From the IMG/VR virus record IMGVR_UViG_3300031853_000003, positions 1-64,000 of that record: DNA of 64,000 bases. One strand, 5' to 3'. The notes under the pieces were generated by a model, which did no database searches, was not told where the DNA came from, and saw nothing but the letters and a program-made list of their open reading frames with translations. Origin of the DNA: a virus (lineage: Duplodnaviria; Caudoviricetes). This document shows positions 44,516-55,932 of the stretch, in pieces. Each line of letters starts with the position of its first letter. The first letter of the stretch is position 1. The position numbers were made by a program, and so were the translations under genes.

Positions 44516-47500
44516 ATGGCACTTGTAGATGATTTTCCAAGGGGACAATCAAGTAATGGCAATAACACCGCTAACCCTAATTCAAAAGAATTCTTAGATT
44601 ATCTAAAATCAATAGATGATTCTCTAAAGCAGATACTCAAAGACGGGCAGAATATATCAGCAGCTAACGCACGTAATGCGATGCCGCGTAGAGAAGATTT
44701 CAGAGGTCGCCGATCAACAAATGGTTGGGGGCCTAATAGCTATGATATGCGGAACGCTCCTGGAAGGCGTAGACGTAATGTTCGTTCTTCAGTAGACTCT
44801 GCCACTGACGAATTCTTAGATGGTCTGAAAGATTCATTGCTTGATTCTGTAGTAGGATCAGAATTCAAGCGTGAGATCCGAGGTATGGTCGGAGACTTCG
44901 CAGATATGCTAGGAGTATCTATTCAAGATATTCCAAAGAAGCTGGGACAGGAACTCGGTAAACATCTACTTGAGAAGTTCAAAGACACTAAGACAGGTTC
45001 GTCTGTATTCCAGAAAGTCGAAGACGCTAAGAAGAATTCAACTGAATGGATCCGGAATAAATTCAATGAAGGCGTTGACAGATACAACAGAGAGCACTCA
45101 AAGCAACCTGATATTCCTGGAATTGGTCAACGTCATAACAATATTCATCCTGATCCAGGTCAGTCAGTTGCTGAAGCAGTAAATAACGCAGCTGGTCAAG
45201 CAGCTTCCAATGTAGGCCAAGTATCGGATTTCAACCAAGAATTGTTCAGCCGGCTCTTAGAGCTGTCTGTAGAAACAATGAATGTACATGCAGATGTAGT
45301 CAATCTGTATGGAGCGAAGGAAAATCTCCGAGAAGAGCGCGAACAGGAAGAGCGTCAAGAGCGTAGAGAAGATCGCACAGAGGATGAACGTAGAAAGCTA
45401 CCTGAGAAATCTCAGACCTCTCAGCAAGATATTCCGGATCAGGTATCTGATTTAACTGATACCATCACAGATCTATCAAACTCTAGCGAAACAAGTTTTG
45501 GAGATGTCGCTCCTGATGTAGCAGAGAGTGCGCTTAGTGGCGGAGAGGGCAGCGCAATAGAAGCTGCAGCAGAATCCGGTATGGCTGAAACTGCTGCGGC
45601 TGAAGGTGCTGGTATGGCTGCTGAAACAGGTGCAATGGCTGGAGCCGCCGAAGGCGCTGGAGCTGCACTTGCTGGATTAGGTGAAGTAGCTGCTGCAGCC
45701 TGTCCTTACATATTGATAGCTGTAGCTGCAATCATTGTAGTAACTAAGCTCATAGAGGCGTGCGGACCTGCAATCGAAGGCACCAAGAAGATGCTGAACG
45801 AGATGCAGCGTGCTGGTAATCGCTACAACGAGAGTCGTAAGAAAGCAGTTGAAGAAGAGAAGAAGCGTCTAGAAGCTGATGTGAAGACGCTGATAGAGAC
45901 TCCGTTTGAAATACTTCGAAAAGCTGCTGAGGAGATGTATTCTGTATGGGATCAAAACCTCAGAAAGATAAATGCTACTCAGGGCTACGACAAAGCTGAG
46001 CTACAAGAGCTGATTGGTTCATACGCAGAAAGACTTCGTAATGAGGGTCTGAGTGATGTAGTAAGTTCTTCGGATATTGCTAGTGAACTTGCGTCTGTAC
46101 TTGACGCAGGACTCAGCGGTAAGGTGGCCGAGGAATTTGCATATCAGGCAACAAAGCTCAATGCAGAGATTCCGACAGAAGACTTCTTGCAGTATGCAAG
46201 TAGTTATGCAGCACTTGCAGCTAACCAAATACGATTAGGCAAATCGCAGGAAGATGCAATAGCGTATGCCAATGCCCAACTAGAAGCTTTCGCTAGTAAC
46301 GTACTCTATGCGAGCCGTCAAATCTCGGGTGGTTTTACATCCGGATTAAAGAATGCTCAATCGTTATTTGAACAATCAGTAGAGATAGCCCAAGCAAGCC
46401 GAATAGGAGATCCTTCACAGATTTCTGGTGTATTAACATCTGTTGCAGCAATCACCGGTGCAATTGCACCAGATCTTGCAACATCGATGACTGATGCAAT
46501 CTACAAGGCAGCTACGGGTGGTAACTCATCTGAAATTGTAGCACTTCGTTCTCTTGCAGGTATCAATGCATCAAATACAGAGTTCCTAAGAGTACTTGCG
46601 ACTAATCCTCAAAAGGTATTCGCAGCATTATTCACAAAGCTCGCTGAATATCAGAATATGTCACAAAGCAACTATATGGAAGTTGCAGAAGGGCTGTCAA
46701 GTATATTCGGCTTGTCGATGGATGCTTTTGCAAGAATAGATTTCAACTACCTTGCACAAGCTGTTGCATCAATGCGTGTATCAGATGACGCATTGAATGA
46801 GAACCTGGCGCAGTTATCATCTGGTCAGACTACACTCACTGCTGAGCAGCTAAAGACACGCGAAATCAACAAGTACATGATTGAAAATGGACTTTCATAT
46901 GTACTTGATAATGAAGCAGCTAGAGCGATACAGCAGCATATGTGGGACGAGCAGCTTGCATTGCAGATGCAGGAAGCAACATATGCAGTTGATCTACAAG
47001 GTGCAGCTCTTGACTTCCTGGAAGGTATAAGAGAAACCATCTACAACATAATGAAGATACTCAACCCGCTGATGTGGTTCTCCGAGCTCGCTGATTTGAT
47101 TGGTACAGCTCAAGAAGGCTATGCACAGCAGGCTGATATTGTAAAAGTCCTAGAGATGGGCAAGGTAGGAGAAGGAAACACAAAATCTCTCTATCAGCTT
47201 ACAACTCGTGGTCAGTTACTTGATGTAGTAGACGATCTAGTGACAATGATGGGCGGAGTATCCTCTTATGGTGCTGCTCGTACAGGACGAATCGCTGGCA
47301 GAGATATTACACGCCTATTTACAAGTCCGCTGTTCGGGAGTATGTCATTGCTCAGTGATGCTGTATCGCTTGTAACAAATGCTTCGTTGAATGCAGCGAG
47401 TCAACGCAGCTACTCCAACAGAGAATTTGATTCTAATTATGCTTGGGGAACAATTGGTAAGAGTGTTGCTGCACAGATTTCAGCTTCTATGCCTAAGTCA

Positions 47501-48346
47501 AATCTGATCAGTGCAGTTTCATCAAGCAATCTGTCTGAAACAAATGTGTCTCAGAATGTTGCATCTAATAAGCTGAATCAGATGCTCGAAGATTCTTACA
47601 TGGTTGATGAATTCATCAATAAGGGTAAGAGTTATGATTCTTGGAAGAAGTCCGCTGTAAACTTCGGCATAGCTGATTTTGATGCTGCACTAGAAGCTGC
47701 AGGTTACACCGAACAGCAGTTGAAGAATAGATTTGAATCAAAGCAGACTGAGGAAGGTGCAAAAGAAGTAGCTGCTAGAGACGCAGACGAACAGGACTTC
47801 AGAGATAAGGGTCGTCAGTTCTGGATTGATGAAAGAGAATTCACAAGACAGATCGTCGAAGAGCTATTCCCTGCTGCGAACAGCAAGTTAGATTCTATCA
47901 TAACATTGTTTGAGGATTGGCACACGAAGTGGGATGAATTCAGAGATTACTTCAACTGGCACAACTTCTATGATGATTGGAATTCTGTATACTTGAATGG
48001 TAACAAGGGTTGGCTTGAATTCTTCACTAAGTTCAAATCATATTTCATTGACCATGAAGCTTACAACAATTCTTACAGCATTCAAGCTGTTCAAGAAGTT
48101 CAGCGTAAGGAGAGGTCAGGAAAAGACGAAGCTGTTCAGAAGCTCGCAGAGACGCTGTCGAAGAATATCACAGACCTCAGTGATCCGACAATGCAGACGA
48201 ACGCATTGTTGTCGCAGATCCTTATTCAAGTACTTGCTATTGTTGAGCAGAATAACAAGACCGCAGGTACAATCACGTTTGCAGACGCTATGTCAGCATT
48301 ATCGTTGGGTGGTACTACAGCTGCTACAACTACTGAAACAACCTAA
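44516..48346 (+). CDS. Tape measure protein
   Basis: 1276 aa, Ala/Gly-rich helical with a TM-like stretch; follows the chaperones. Confidence 0.7.
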   Translation: MALVDDFPRGQSSNGNNTANPNSKEFLDYLKSIDDSLKQILKDGQNISAANARNAMPRREDFRGRRSTNGWGPNSYDMRNAPGRRRRNVRSSVDSATDEFLDGLKDSLLDSVVGSEFKREIRGMVGDFADMLGVSIQDIPKKLGQELGKHLLEKFKDTKTGSSVFQKVEDAKKNSTEWIRNKFNEGVDRYNREHSKQPDIPGIGQRHNNIHPDPGQSVAEAVNNAAGQAASNVGQVSDFNQELFSRLLELSVETMNVHADVVNLYGAKENLREEREQEERQERREDRTEDERRKLPEKSQTSQQDIPDQVSDLTDTITDLSNSSETSFGDVAPDVAESALSGGEGSAIEAAAESGMAETAAAEGAGMAAETGAMAGAAEGAGAALAGLGEVAAAACPYILIAVAAIIVVTKLIEACGPAIEGTKKMLNEMQRAGNRYNESRKKAVEEEKKRLEADVKTLIETPFEILRKAAEEMYSVWDQNLRKINATQGYDKAELQELIGSYAERLRNEGLSDVVSSSDIASELASVLDAGLSGKVAEEFAYQATKLNAEIPTEDFLQYASSYAALAANQIRLGKSQEDAIAYANAQLEAFASNVLYASRQISGGFTSGLKNAQSLFEQSVEIAQASRIGDPSQISGVLTSVAAITGAIAPDLATSMTDAIYKAATGGNSSEIVALRSLAGINASNTEFLRVLATNPQKVFAALFTKLAEYQNMSQSNYMEVAEGLSSIFGLSMDAFARIDFNYLAQAVASMRVSDDALNENLAQLSSGQTTLTAEQLKTREINKYMIENGLSYVLDNEAARAIQQHMWDEQLALQMQEATYAVDLQGAALDFLEGIRETIYNIMKILNPLMWFSELADLIGTAQEGYAQQADIVKVLEMGKVGEGNTKSLYQLTTRGQLLDVVDDLVTMMGGVSSYGAARTGRIAGRDITRLFTSPLFGSMSLLSDAVSLVTNASLNAASQRSYSNREFDSNYAWGTIGKSVAAQISASMPKSNLISAVSSSNLSETNVSQNVASNKLNQMLEDSYMVDEFINKGKSYDSWKKSAVNFGIADFDAALEAAGYTEQQLKNRFESKQTEEGAKEVAARDADEQDFRDKGRQFWIDEREFTRQIVEELFPAANSKLDSIITLFEDWHTKWDEFRDYFNWHNFYDDWNSVYLNGNKGWLEFFTKFKSYFIDHEAYNNSYSIQAVQEVQRKERSGKDEAVQKLAETLSKNITDLSDPTMQTNALLSQILIQVLAIVEQNNKTAGTITFADAMSALSLGGTTAATTTETT

Positions 48347-48350
48347 GACC

Positions 48351-48360
48351 ACCTTATATA
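48351..48360 (+). promoter_or_regulatory. ACCTTNNATA motif
   Basis: ACCTTATATA within the palindrome CTTATATA-tag-TATATAAG. Confidence 0.65.
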
Positions 48361-48394
48361 TAGTATATAAGTGAATTCGGAGGGCTTCATACAT

Positions 48395-51300
48395 ATGAAC
48401 ATATCTAAATTCCCTGTAATGAGTACTAACCTGTTTCCAGCTACTAACAGTACTGCTGGTGGTCAGCTCATTACAGAATTCAACTTAAAATCACGAGAAA
48501 CGGTCGGCACGGATCCAACTGTCGAATACAAAGTAGGTCCTTCATATACACACGCAATGAAGGATTTCAAGATAGGTCCTCAGACAGATGAATTCGGCAA
48601 TGTTGTTGCAAGCTCAGTACTTCAGATTGATGCAGGTAGAGCACTGGTTGACGGTTACTTCTTAGAGAGCCTCGCTCCTATAGTAATTGACCTCAATGAG
48701 CTGAATACACAGATTCTTGAAGCTAATCCATCTGCACAGAAGCTCGAAGGCAAGTTAGCTGTAGGGCTTCGTGCAATGTATTCAACAGAGGCTGCAATGG
48801 TTGGTACCATCAAAGTTGAGAATGACTCAACTGCACTATATGATGGTATCCAAGTAGTTATTCTGCCTGAGAGTCAGATGAAGCTGCCTCAGGATGTTCC
48901 TGCAGAGGGTTCAGAGTCACAGGTTACTGCACATCTCAAGCTAGGCTCATTCAGATACAGCCAGCATAACATATATGATGTACAGCAGAATTCTGAGAAG
49001 GTTAAGATCTTCACTGCCGACAGAATAAAGGACATTGATCAGCTGCTGGATAGTAGCTATGTCACCAAGACTGGTGTAGATCCTGATAAGCTGTATGTGC
49101 TTTCAGGTCGTGCAAACGAAGAAAATGCTGGTACCCCTTGGTGTGCTGCTAGTGACTCACTGATGATATGGGATGCAGACCCGACAAAGTTTGGAGCAGA
49201 CCTCAGTAGGTTCCGAACAGTTGCTGCTAATCCTGCTAGAGGAGCAACAGGTTTCATCTCTGATCTCGACGGTGGTAAGATCAAGCTTCGTGTAAAGCAC
49301 AAACAGGTAGACGGATCATCTCCATCAGATCAGTATGCTCCTGTAATATTTGAATTACCTGTTGCTGATTACGATGAAGGCACGCCTGGTACAATCAGCA
49401 AAGCTTACACAGATAAGATCAAAGAGATTTCAAAATCGTTCAACAAGCTGTATCAGATTCCTAACGGAACATATCTTGGATACATCGAATCACTTGATTC
49501 TGTCGAAAGTTTGCCGAAGCCGAAGGACAATCCTAACTGGGAGATCGGCAACTACTTCATCGTAGGTCAGGATAATACAGTCGGATATTCTGAACCTCCT
49601 GTAACAATGTACTTGGTACAGGGCGGAACAGTTCAAAGTATCGAAGCTGTTGAAGATGCAAAAGATGCTATGCTACAAAATGAAATTGTTGTAGCTAAGA
49701 AAGCTATTGCTGATTCTAAGAAGACTATCGCTGATTCTGCAAAGGAAGCAGTTGTAGCAGCTGCGGAAGTTGTTCAGTCTTCACTTGCTTCTAGAGATAA
49801 GTTAAGAGTACTTAGCGATTACGCAAAAGAATCTCAGGACTACGAATACGTAGAGAAGCTTAAAACTCTGCTTACTGCTGCATACAACAAAGCTGTAGAG
49901 ACTCAGGGCTATCTTGAGAACGCTGTTAAGAAGCTAAGGTCATCAGGCTCTTCCGAAGACGTAGATGATTATCTGACAACAGCTCATTCAAAGCTGGATG
50001 CTCTTCAGAGCAACGACACAGTAGAAACTAAGCTGAAGGAAATAAATATATCCGGTTCCACTAAGGCATGGCAATACCTCACAGATGCTGATGAAGCAAT
50101 CCACGGATCATCTAAGGGTGCAAATAAGAGCCTAGATGCAGCGATGGAACTGCTCAGTAGCTCCGGCAGTGAAGATGTTGCTTCAGCTCTTGCAAATCTC
50201 ATTTCTCAGTTACAGAACGGCGGAGATATGGACAGTGTAATTGCTCTTATCCGCAGATACTTAGTTGACTGGGACGGAGAGATGACAACCGTCTACGATT
50301 CAGCTGTTGCAGCATATGAATCTGCACTCTCTGAGTATGAAGCAAAATACATCGACTATCGAATTGCATTGATGATCTACTACAATGCACTTGTTTCACT
50401 CAACGGAAAACTTGCATACTTGATCTTCTCTGATCCGCCAGAGGGCATTGAGCTTGGCAGAAAAGAAGTTACCACAGACCCGACTACAATGTCTATCGAA
50501 GAGGTAGAAGAGCAGTGGCAGATTGCACAAGAAGGTATTATCTGTCCGTATTCAGGTAACGTAGGAAAAGATTACTTCACTCTTGTCTATCACAACCCAA
50601 CAAGTGATGAAGATACGTGTTTCTACTATGTAGTAACACAGGCAGGTGTCAAGAAGCTGTCTGATCCTATCATACTAACAAAGCAGATCAATCTCGCTGA
50701 GCAGAATATGGTAGGCGGCTTCTACAATGTACCTGATACAGCAACTGACAACGGTTATGTATATCTTGATGACACCGGTCATCTTCGACTTGTAGATTAT
50801 GCACTACTCCGTTCTGGTGTAGCAGCATATCAGTTGGGACAAGACATCTCAATTGAAGCAGGTCTATCTACTGAAGAATTACAGATCCAGGTAGACGATT
50901 ACATCAACGAAAGAATCGCCTTCCCGAATGCTTATCAGACTCAGAACAGTAAGTCACCTACAGTCATTCACGTTACGCTGAGCTTGACGAAGGAAGATAC
51001 TCCTAAGACACTCAATCTGTATAACATAGACAGCAGATTTGACACTTGTGTATATCTGCACATCACCGGTACTGCTGACTCTAAGACAACTATCAACATA
51101 ACCAACTGCCAGAAATTGAGAATTGATAATGCTATCGGCGGTGACGCAGAGAACGACAGCTATCCTATCATCAATCTCTATAACTGCAACCTCTTCTATG
51201 ATGTATCTATCCTGAAGAAGTTGACATCATGGGTAACCACACTGGATGAACATAACAATCTGGTGTCCGTCAAGCCTACAGTTTCTGGATTGAAGTTATG

Positions 51301-51859
51301 GTATGAAAGATATGGACTCACTGAGCCGAATCTTGTTGTCGACAACATGACTGTTCTCGATTGCGACGCACCTAAGACAGTAGAGGAACTCGATGCTTGG
51401 TCAGAGTCTCACCCTAACGACATCCATTACTTCTATTCACTGCGTAGCATCACATTTGATGATAAAGCAAACATCATCGGCTGTCAGATGCTTATCCGTA
51501 ATGACTCCACTACGCATAGTTCGGAAGGTAAGGTCATCATATCATCTGATTTCCGACTTCCACAGGGAAGTGGTCTCGAGTATCCAAATACATGTTTGAC
51601 CAAACCTCTGAAGATTACAGGCTCATTCATCAGCATGTATGTATCCGGAAGCACAAAACATCTCACAACGAGTGATTTCACAGCTGTTAGCCAGTACTAC
51701 GACAGGAATCTAGATGATAGCCAGATGGTCGGATCCATCGCTATCTTAGCAGACACCTCCTGGATCACTTCTATTCCGAGTAACATAACAATCAATGAAG
51801 AGGTTCCAGGTTGGGATAACAATACCTTCCACATTTTCTCAGGAGGGATAGTCACTTGA
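48395..51859 (+). CDS. Large virion structural protein of unknown function
   Basis: ~1150 aa with a central coiled-coil; GRALVDGY motif seen in fibre/baseplate proteins. Confidence 0.6.
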   Translation: MNISKFPVMSTNLFPATNSTAGGQLITEFNLKSRETVGTDPTVEYKVGPSYTHAMKDFKIGPQTDEFGNVVASSVLQIDAGRALVDGYFLESLAPIVIDLNELNTQILEANPSAQKLEGKLAVGLRAMYSTEAAMVGTIKVENDSTALYDGIQVVILPESQMKLPQDVPAEGSESQVTAHLKLGSFRYSQHNIYDVQQNSEKVKIFTADRIKDIDQLLDSSYVTKTGVDPDKLYVLSGRANEENAGTPWCAASDSLMIWDADPTKFGADLSRFRTVAANPARGATGFISDLDGGKIKLRVKHKQVDGSSPSDQYAPVIFELPVADYDEGTPGTISKAYTDKIKEISKSFNKLYQIPNGTYLGYIESLDSVESLPKPKDNPNWEIGNYFIVGQDNTVGYSEPPVTMYLVQGGTVQSIEAVEDAKDAMLQNEIVVAKKAIADSKKTIADSAKEAVVAAAEVVQSSLASRDKLRVLSDYAKESQDYEYVEKLKTLLTAAYNKAVETQGYLENAVKKLRSSGSSEDVDDYLTTAHSKLDALQSNDTVETKLKEINISGSTKAWQYLTDADEAIHGSSKGANKSLDAAMELLSSSGSEDVASALANLISQLQNGGDMDSVIALIRRYLVDWDGEMTTVYDSAVAAYESALSEYEAKYIDYRIALMIYYNALVSLNGKLAYLIFSDPPEGIELGRKEVTTDPTTMSIEEVEEQWQIAQEGIICPYSGNVGKDYFTLVYHNPTSDEDTCFYYVVTQAGVKKLSDPIILTKQINLAEQNMVGGFYNVPDTATDNGYVYLDDTGHLRLVDYALLRSGVAAYQLGQDISIEAGLSTEELQIQVDDYINERIAFPNAYQTQNSKSPTVIHVTLSLTKEDTPKTLNLYNIDSRFDTCVYLHITGTADSKTTINITNCQKLRIDNAIGGDAENDSYPIINLYNCNLFYDVSILKKLTSWVTTLDEHNNLVSVKPTVSGLKLWYERYGLTEPNLVVDNMTVLDCDAPKTVEELDAWSESHPNDIHYFYSLRSITFDDKANIIGCQMLIRNDSTTHSSEGKVIISSDFRLPQGSGLEYPNTCLTKPLKITGSFISMYVSGSTKHLTTSDFTAVSQYYDRNLDDSQMVGSIAILADTSWITSIPSNITINEEVPGWDNNTFHIFSGGIVT

Positions 51860-52395
51860 GTTACATTATTCATGATGTCATCAAGATGAATTACATCAGG
51901 ATGGGCTACCTTCCTGATTACCCGTATCATCTTATCTCTGATAAAGAGATGTGCGATGCGTTTCTCAATGATGGTGATTTCAGCTACTTTGCAGATAACT
52001 ATCCTTGTGTAGATTCTTCCTTACAGGACGAGTATGATGAACTTGTCAATAATCTGAAATGGCATCTTGAGAAGCTCAAAGCATTTCAATCTAAGAGTGC
52101 AAGCACACGAGAGTATTACATACTTCCTGATTGGGTCTACTCTTACATGTTAGGCTCAACCCTCGGTGTCAATAGTGATAAACTAGAGATACATGATATG
52201 CTTGTACTCATGGATATGGATAATCTTGATGATGTATTCACTCGTCAAGTTGCTAGAAGATGCTATCACATAAGCAAGGATTGGCTCAAGAAGCTGCCCT
52301 CTGCTCAAAAGGAACACAGATCCCCTACAATGTTCGGAGAGCTTCACGTGTTGAAGTCTCTGAGATTAGAAGCTGTAAAATTCGATAAGATATAG
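51856..52395 (+). CDS. Hypothetical protein (baseplate module)
   Basis: Overlap-coupled. Confidence 0.65.
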   Translation: MSYIIHDVIKMNYIRMGYLPDYPYHLISDKEMCDAFLNDGDFSYFADNYPCVDSSLQDEYDELVNNLKWHLEKLKAFQSKSASTREYYILPDWVYSYMLGSTLGVNSDKLEIHDMLVLMDMDNLDDVFTRQVARRCYHISKDWLKKLPSAQKEHRSPTMFGELHVLKSLRLEAVKFDKI

Positions 52396-52406
52396 AGGTG
52401 AATTAG

Positions 52407-53474
52407 ATGCAATATCTTCCTATAACAGAAGATCTCACACTTTCTGAACTTACTGATATGGTTGGCGAAAGAAACGTGTCGAGTATCCTTGCAGCTAATC
52501 ACCTCAAACGCACTCCTAATATCGGAAAACAATTTCAACAACAGTGTGATGATGCTCTCGCTGCAGGAGCGTCTATTGATGTGATAGATCCACAATCTGG
52601 AGAGCTCATTACTGTAACTAGTGATGAAGTATCCTGGCAAAGAAAGTATACAATGCTCAATGCATTATCCGGAAGTGCTGATACGTTTGAGCACGCAGCA
52701 CTGATGGGAGAAGATGATTGGGTTGTATACAACAACTTGGGAACCTTCCCAGGTATGTTAGCGATTCCAGAAACTGTTTCTCTTCCTGATACAACGTCTA
52801 CAGGAGATCTGATGGGCTCTTATGTGCCGATAGCAAGAGAAATACATCGGGCAGCACTTGCTCAGCTTTCTACGGCTCCGCATATCATTGATCCGGAGAT
52901 ATTCAATGAATACAGCACCGCACAACCTACCAACATAGCTGATAGAGGCCTTTCAGTATCTGCCCCAATGGAGTGGTTCAACCTGCCTTGGGGAGAGATA
53001 ACACTTTATTCATCTATTTCAGATACTTCGATGGACTTCCCAGTTTACCCAGAAGAGTACGAAGATGGTCGTCAAGCAGCTTATGAGCAAATGCCTGATA
53101 TGATTTATCAGTATGAACCTTGGCAAGTCTACAAGAGTTCCGGACCTCGTACAAATAATTTCACATTTGATATGCACAGAGATATGTGGACAGGAGATCA
53201 CAGAGATGGTAAGTGTAATGAGCTTATCAGGTTCTGTGAAGCAAATTGCTATCCTGAATACAAAGGCTCAGCTGTCAATACAAGTATCGTAACATTATAT
53301 GTACACGGTAGTCCGCTCATTAGAGGAGTACTTACCGCTGTCAATGTCAAGTGGGATGGTCCTATTGGACTAGACGGTTGGTATCTCCATTGCGTAGTAG
53401 GCTTGACCATAGTAGAAGTGTCTGATTCTACACTGGATTACAATTCAATGATGAGTAAGCCGTTGATTGGATAA
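52407..53474 (+). CDS. Tube initiator/baseplate protein (gp48/gp54-like)
   Basis: Y..SGPRT..FTF, CYPEY, IRGVLTAVNVKWDGP. Confidence 0.6.
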   Translation: MQYLPITEDLTLSELTDMVGERNVSSILAANHLKRTPNIGKQFQQQCDDALAAGASIDVIDPQSGELITVTSDEVSWQRKYTMLNALSGSADTFEHAALMGEDDWVVYNNLGTFPGMLAIPETVSLPDTTSTGDLMGSYVPIAREIHRAALAQLSTAPHIIDPEIFNEYSTAQPTNIADRGLSVSAPMEWFNLPWGEITLYSSISDTSMDFPVYPEEYEDGRQAAYEQMPDMIYQYEPWQVYKSSGPRTNNFTFDMHRDMWTGDHRDGKCNELIRFCEANCYPEYKGSAVNTSIVTLYVHGSPLIRGVLTAVNVKWDGPIGLDGWYLHCVVGLTIVEVSDSTLDYNSMMSKPLIG

Positions 53475-53486
53475 GGAGAAGTATCA

Positions 53487-53909
53487 ATGAAGTTCTACGA
53501 CACCTTAATTCCATATATAACAATAGAACACACAGGTATTCAGTATACAACGTGTAAGGACTTCAAGCACATAAGTAGGTATCAATGTCTAAGACAAGTT
53601 ATTCACAATCCGCATGAGACAGATAGATTCACTACGCTTGAAACTACTAATCCGTTCATAACAAACACTGAGGTTGAATACTATGATGTACCCGCTGTGG
53701 AAGAGAACAGGCTTGACATCATTGCAAGTAAGTTCTTAGGCTCAGCACAATATGGTTGGGTCATCGCTTACTTCAATCATATAGAAGACGGCTTCACAGT
53801 GAAAGAGGGGCAGCGTATAATCATACCTAAGAGCATTTCAGCTCTGTTTGCAAAGGGTGAGATACTTGCGTCTGTTTCGCCATATCAATTGAATCTGGGA
53901 GAGGAATAA
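53487..53909 (+). CDS. LysM-like baseplate wedge protein (gp53/gpX-like)
   Basis: RLDIIASKFLGSAQYGWVIAYFN.I.D...G..I.IP. Confidence 0.75.
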   Translation: MKFYDTLIPYITIEHTGIQYTTCKDFKHISRYQCLRQVIHNPHETDRFTTLETTNPFITNTEVEYYDVPAVEENRLDIIASKFLGSAQYGWVIAYFNHIEDGFTVKEGQRIIIPKSISALFAKGEILASVSPYQLNLGEE

Positions 53910-54463
53910 TGAAAAGAGTGATCAACATGAACCCACGTCACAATGAGTACGATGCATATCTGGAACAGCATATTACAGGAGTGCAAAGAGCTTGGCACGA
54001 AATACTCGAGCCTGCACTTACTGATAACATAGATGTCATTGATATCACAGTAGAAGACTTTTCTACTATCGATGATCTTGTTAGACGTCATGATGAGTCT
54101 AAGTATCAGTCAGATGAATATGACGCTTATTGCAATTACTTCTATCCTTGTGAAGGATTTGAGAAAGATCAGGAAGCGTTTGATTTGGCCTGGCTTCATC
54201 ATAGCCACGTCAATCCTCATCATCACCAGTATTGGGTGCTTGTTCGTGAAGAAGGCGAGCTTGTTCCATTGGATATGCCGATACCATATATCTGCGAGAT
54301 GTTGTGCGACTGGCACTCCTTCACATTGAGAGATCCTGAATCAACTGCTTATAAGTGGTGGCAGGACAATCAACGCAAGATGACCTTATCTGATAACACA
54401 GTTGAGGTAATAGAAGCTATCATAGGCTTCATGAAAGAGCCATTATCTAAGCCCGAGGAGTGA
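53909..54463 (+). CDS. HD-domain protein (DUF5662-like)
   Basis: HI..V, HDESK, AWLHH.H.NPHH.QYW, EMLCDW. Confidence 0.7.
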   Translation: MKRVINMNPRHNEYDAYLEQHITGVQRAWHEILEPALTDNIDVIDITVEDFSTIDDLVRRHDESKYQSDEYDAYCNYFYPCEGFEKDQEAFDLAWLHHSHVNPHHHQYWVLVREEGELVPLDMPIPYICEMLCDWHSFTLRDPESTAYKWWQDNQRKMTLSDNTVEVIEAIIGFMKEPLSKPEE

Positions 54464-54469
54464 TGACTG

Positions 54470-55924
54470 ATGAAGAGACAGCCCTTCTGCAACTTCATGC
54501 TTGCTGGCACCGCGATATCGGAATTCGGGCTGAAGATACCATCTCCTTTCATTTCACTTGAACTAAGCAATTCTCAGATATCTAGTATGACCCAATGGAC
54601 ATTGAACTGTACGGTATCTGGTAGTGACAGAGATAAAATGAATATAGCAGCGTTTGAAGCACTTCTTTATAGCGCCGCACAGGATGCAAGTAGCTACGCT
54701 AATTCAAGTGGAATACCTGTATCCTTTTTATTTGGATGGTTGGACGAAGCTGGAAATGTTTCCGATTACATCTCCTATCAAGGCTTCACACTTCAATTCA
54801 CTGTATCGACTTCTGGATTGTATATGAAGTATTCTGTTAAGGGCTATGCTACGCTTGCATTACAAAGTAGTATGCCTGTACTTCGGATACCTGCAGTCAG
54901 TGGCATCGTACAACCGTCTGCTATTGTAGAAGCACTTGCTAAAGCTGTTAAAGCTGATACATACTATCAGCTTGATATAGATCATAATGACGCACCTACC
55001 CTTGTAGAGCATGGTGCGCTTACTACTAGTTTCAACAGATATGTACGTGGACAGTATTCTGGCAAAGATGATTATGACAACTTCCCAGGGCTCTTGACAT
55101 TGTCGAAATCATATAGTGCAACACGTGACGCAGCTGGACTAGATTCGCGGAAGGCGAGATCGCTGAGTCAGGTGATGAACAATGCAACTATAACTCCTGT
55201 AAGTGACTTCTTGAAGAAGAGCTTGACAGACAACACAATCCAGTGTACTTCATTCTCGTACTGGGTAGATGAACCTACAATGACTCAACCTGGTACAATT
55301 CACTACAAGAGTAACGCAGGACTTGCTACATCTCAGATGTCAGATGTACTTGAATTTGGAACAGCAAATTCAAACATATTGACACTACAAGGTTCATATA
55401 ATGGTGTTGCTTACAACATGACTGATATGAACTTCAAACAAGTAGGCTTCACTATAGACGGTAGTGGTAATACCATAACAGAAGATGAACAAGTTGTTAA
55501 TAGCTGGAGTAGTTCTCTTGCAGACACATTCCAATCTGCAAATATCATAAATGATCTCAATGCTCTTGCATCTCAATTCAGCGGTGACTTTACAATACAA
55601 ATACCTGGAAGTGTTACAGAGTATTCAATAGCACAGCCGATCTCATTGCTTGTGATGTCAGGTAACACAGTATCTCCAGTAACAGGAATATACAACATCA
55701 TATCTGTATCACATTCAGTATCAAATTCATTCATAACTACACTTAAGGTGCAGCGTCTTGTAATGAGCTCTGCATCATCAGTGGCAACAAGCCAAGGAAT
55801 ATATGTATCGGGAAGCAGCCAATACAAGAAGAATTCATATTCTACAACATCAAATATCAAGAGTCCATATCAAGTAGATTTTGGAACAGTTTATCCAACA
55901 TTCGAACATATGACAACTACATGA
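54470..55924 (+). CDS. Putative baseplate hub protein (gp27/gpD-like)
   Basis: Position; C-terminal TGIYNIISVSHSV..SFITTLKVQR. Confidence 0.6.
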   Translation: MKRQPFCNFMLAGTAISEFGLKIPSPFISLELSNSQISSMTQWTLNCTVSGSDRDKMNIAAFEALLYSAAQDASSYANSSGIPVSFLFGWLDEAGNVSDYISYQGFTLQFTVSTSGLYMKYSVKGYATLALQSSMPVLRIPAVSGIVQPSAIVEALAKAVKADTYYQLDIDHNDAPTLVEHGALTTSFNRYVRGQYSGKDDYDNFPGLLTLSKSYSATRDAAGLDSRKARSLSQVMNNATITPVSDFLKKSLTDNTIQCTSFSYWVDEPTMTQPGTIHYKSNAGLATSQMSDVLEFGTANSNILTLQGSYNGVAYNMTDMNFKQVGFTIDGSGNTITEDEQVVNSWSSSLADTFQSANIINDLNALASQFSGDFTIQIPGSVTEYSIAQPISLLVMSGNTVSPVTGIYNIISVSHSVSNSFITTLKVQRLVMSSASSVATSQGIYVSGSSQYKKNSYSTTSNIKSPYQVDFGTVYPTFEHMTTT

Positions 55925-55932
55925 GGTAACAG

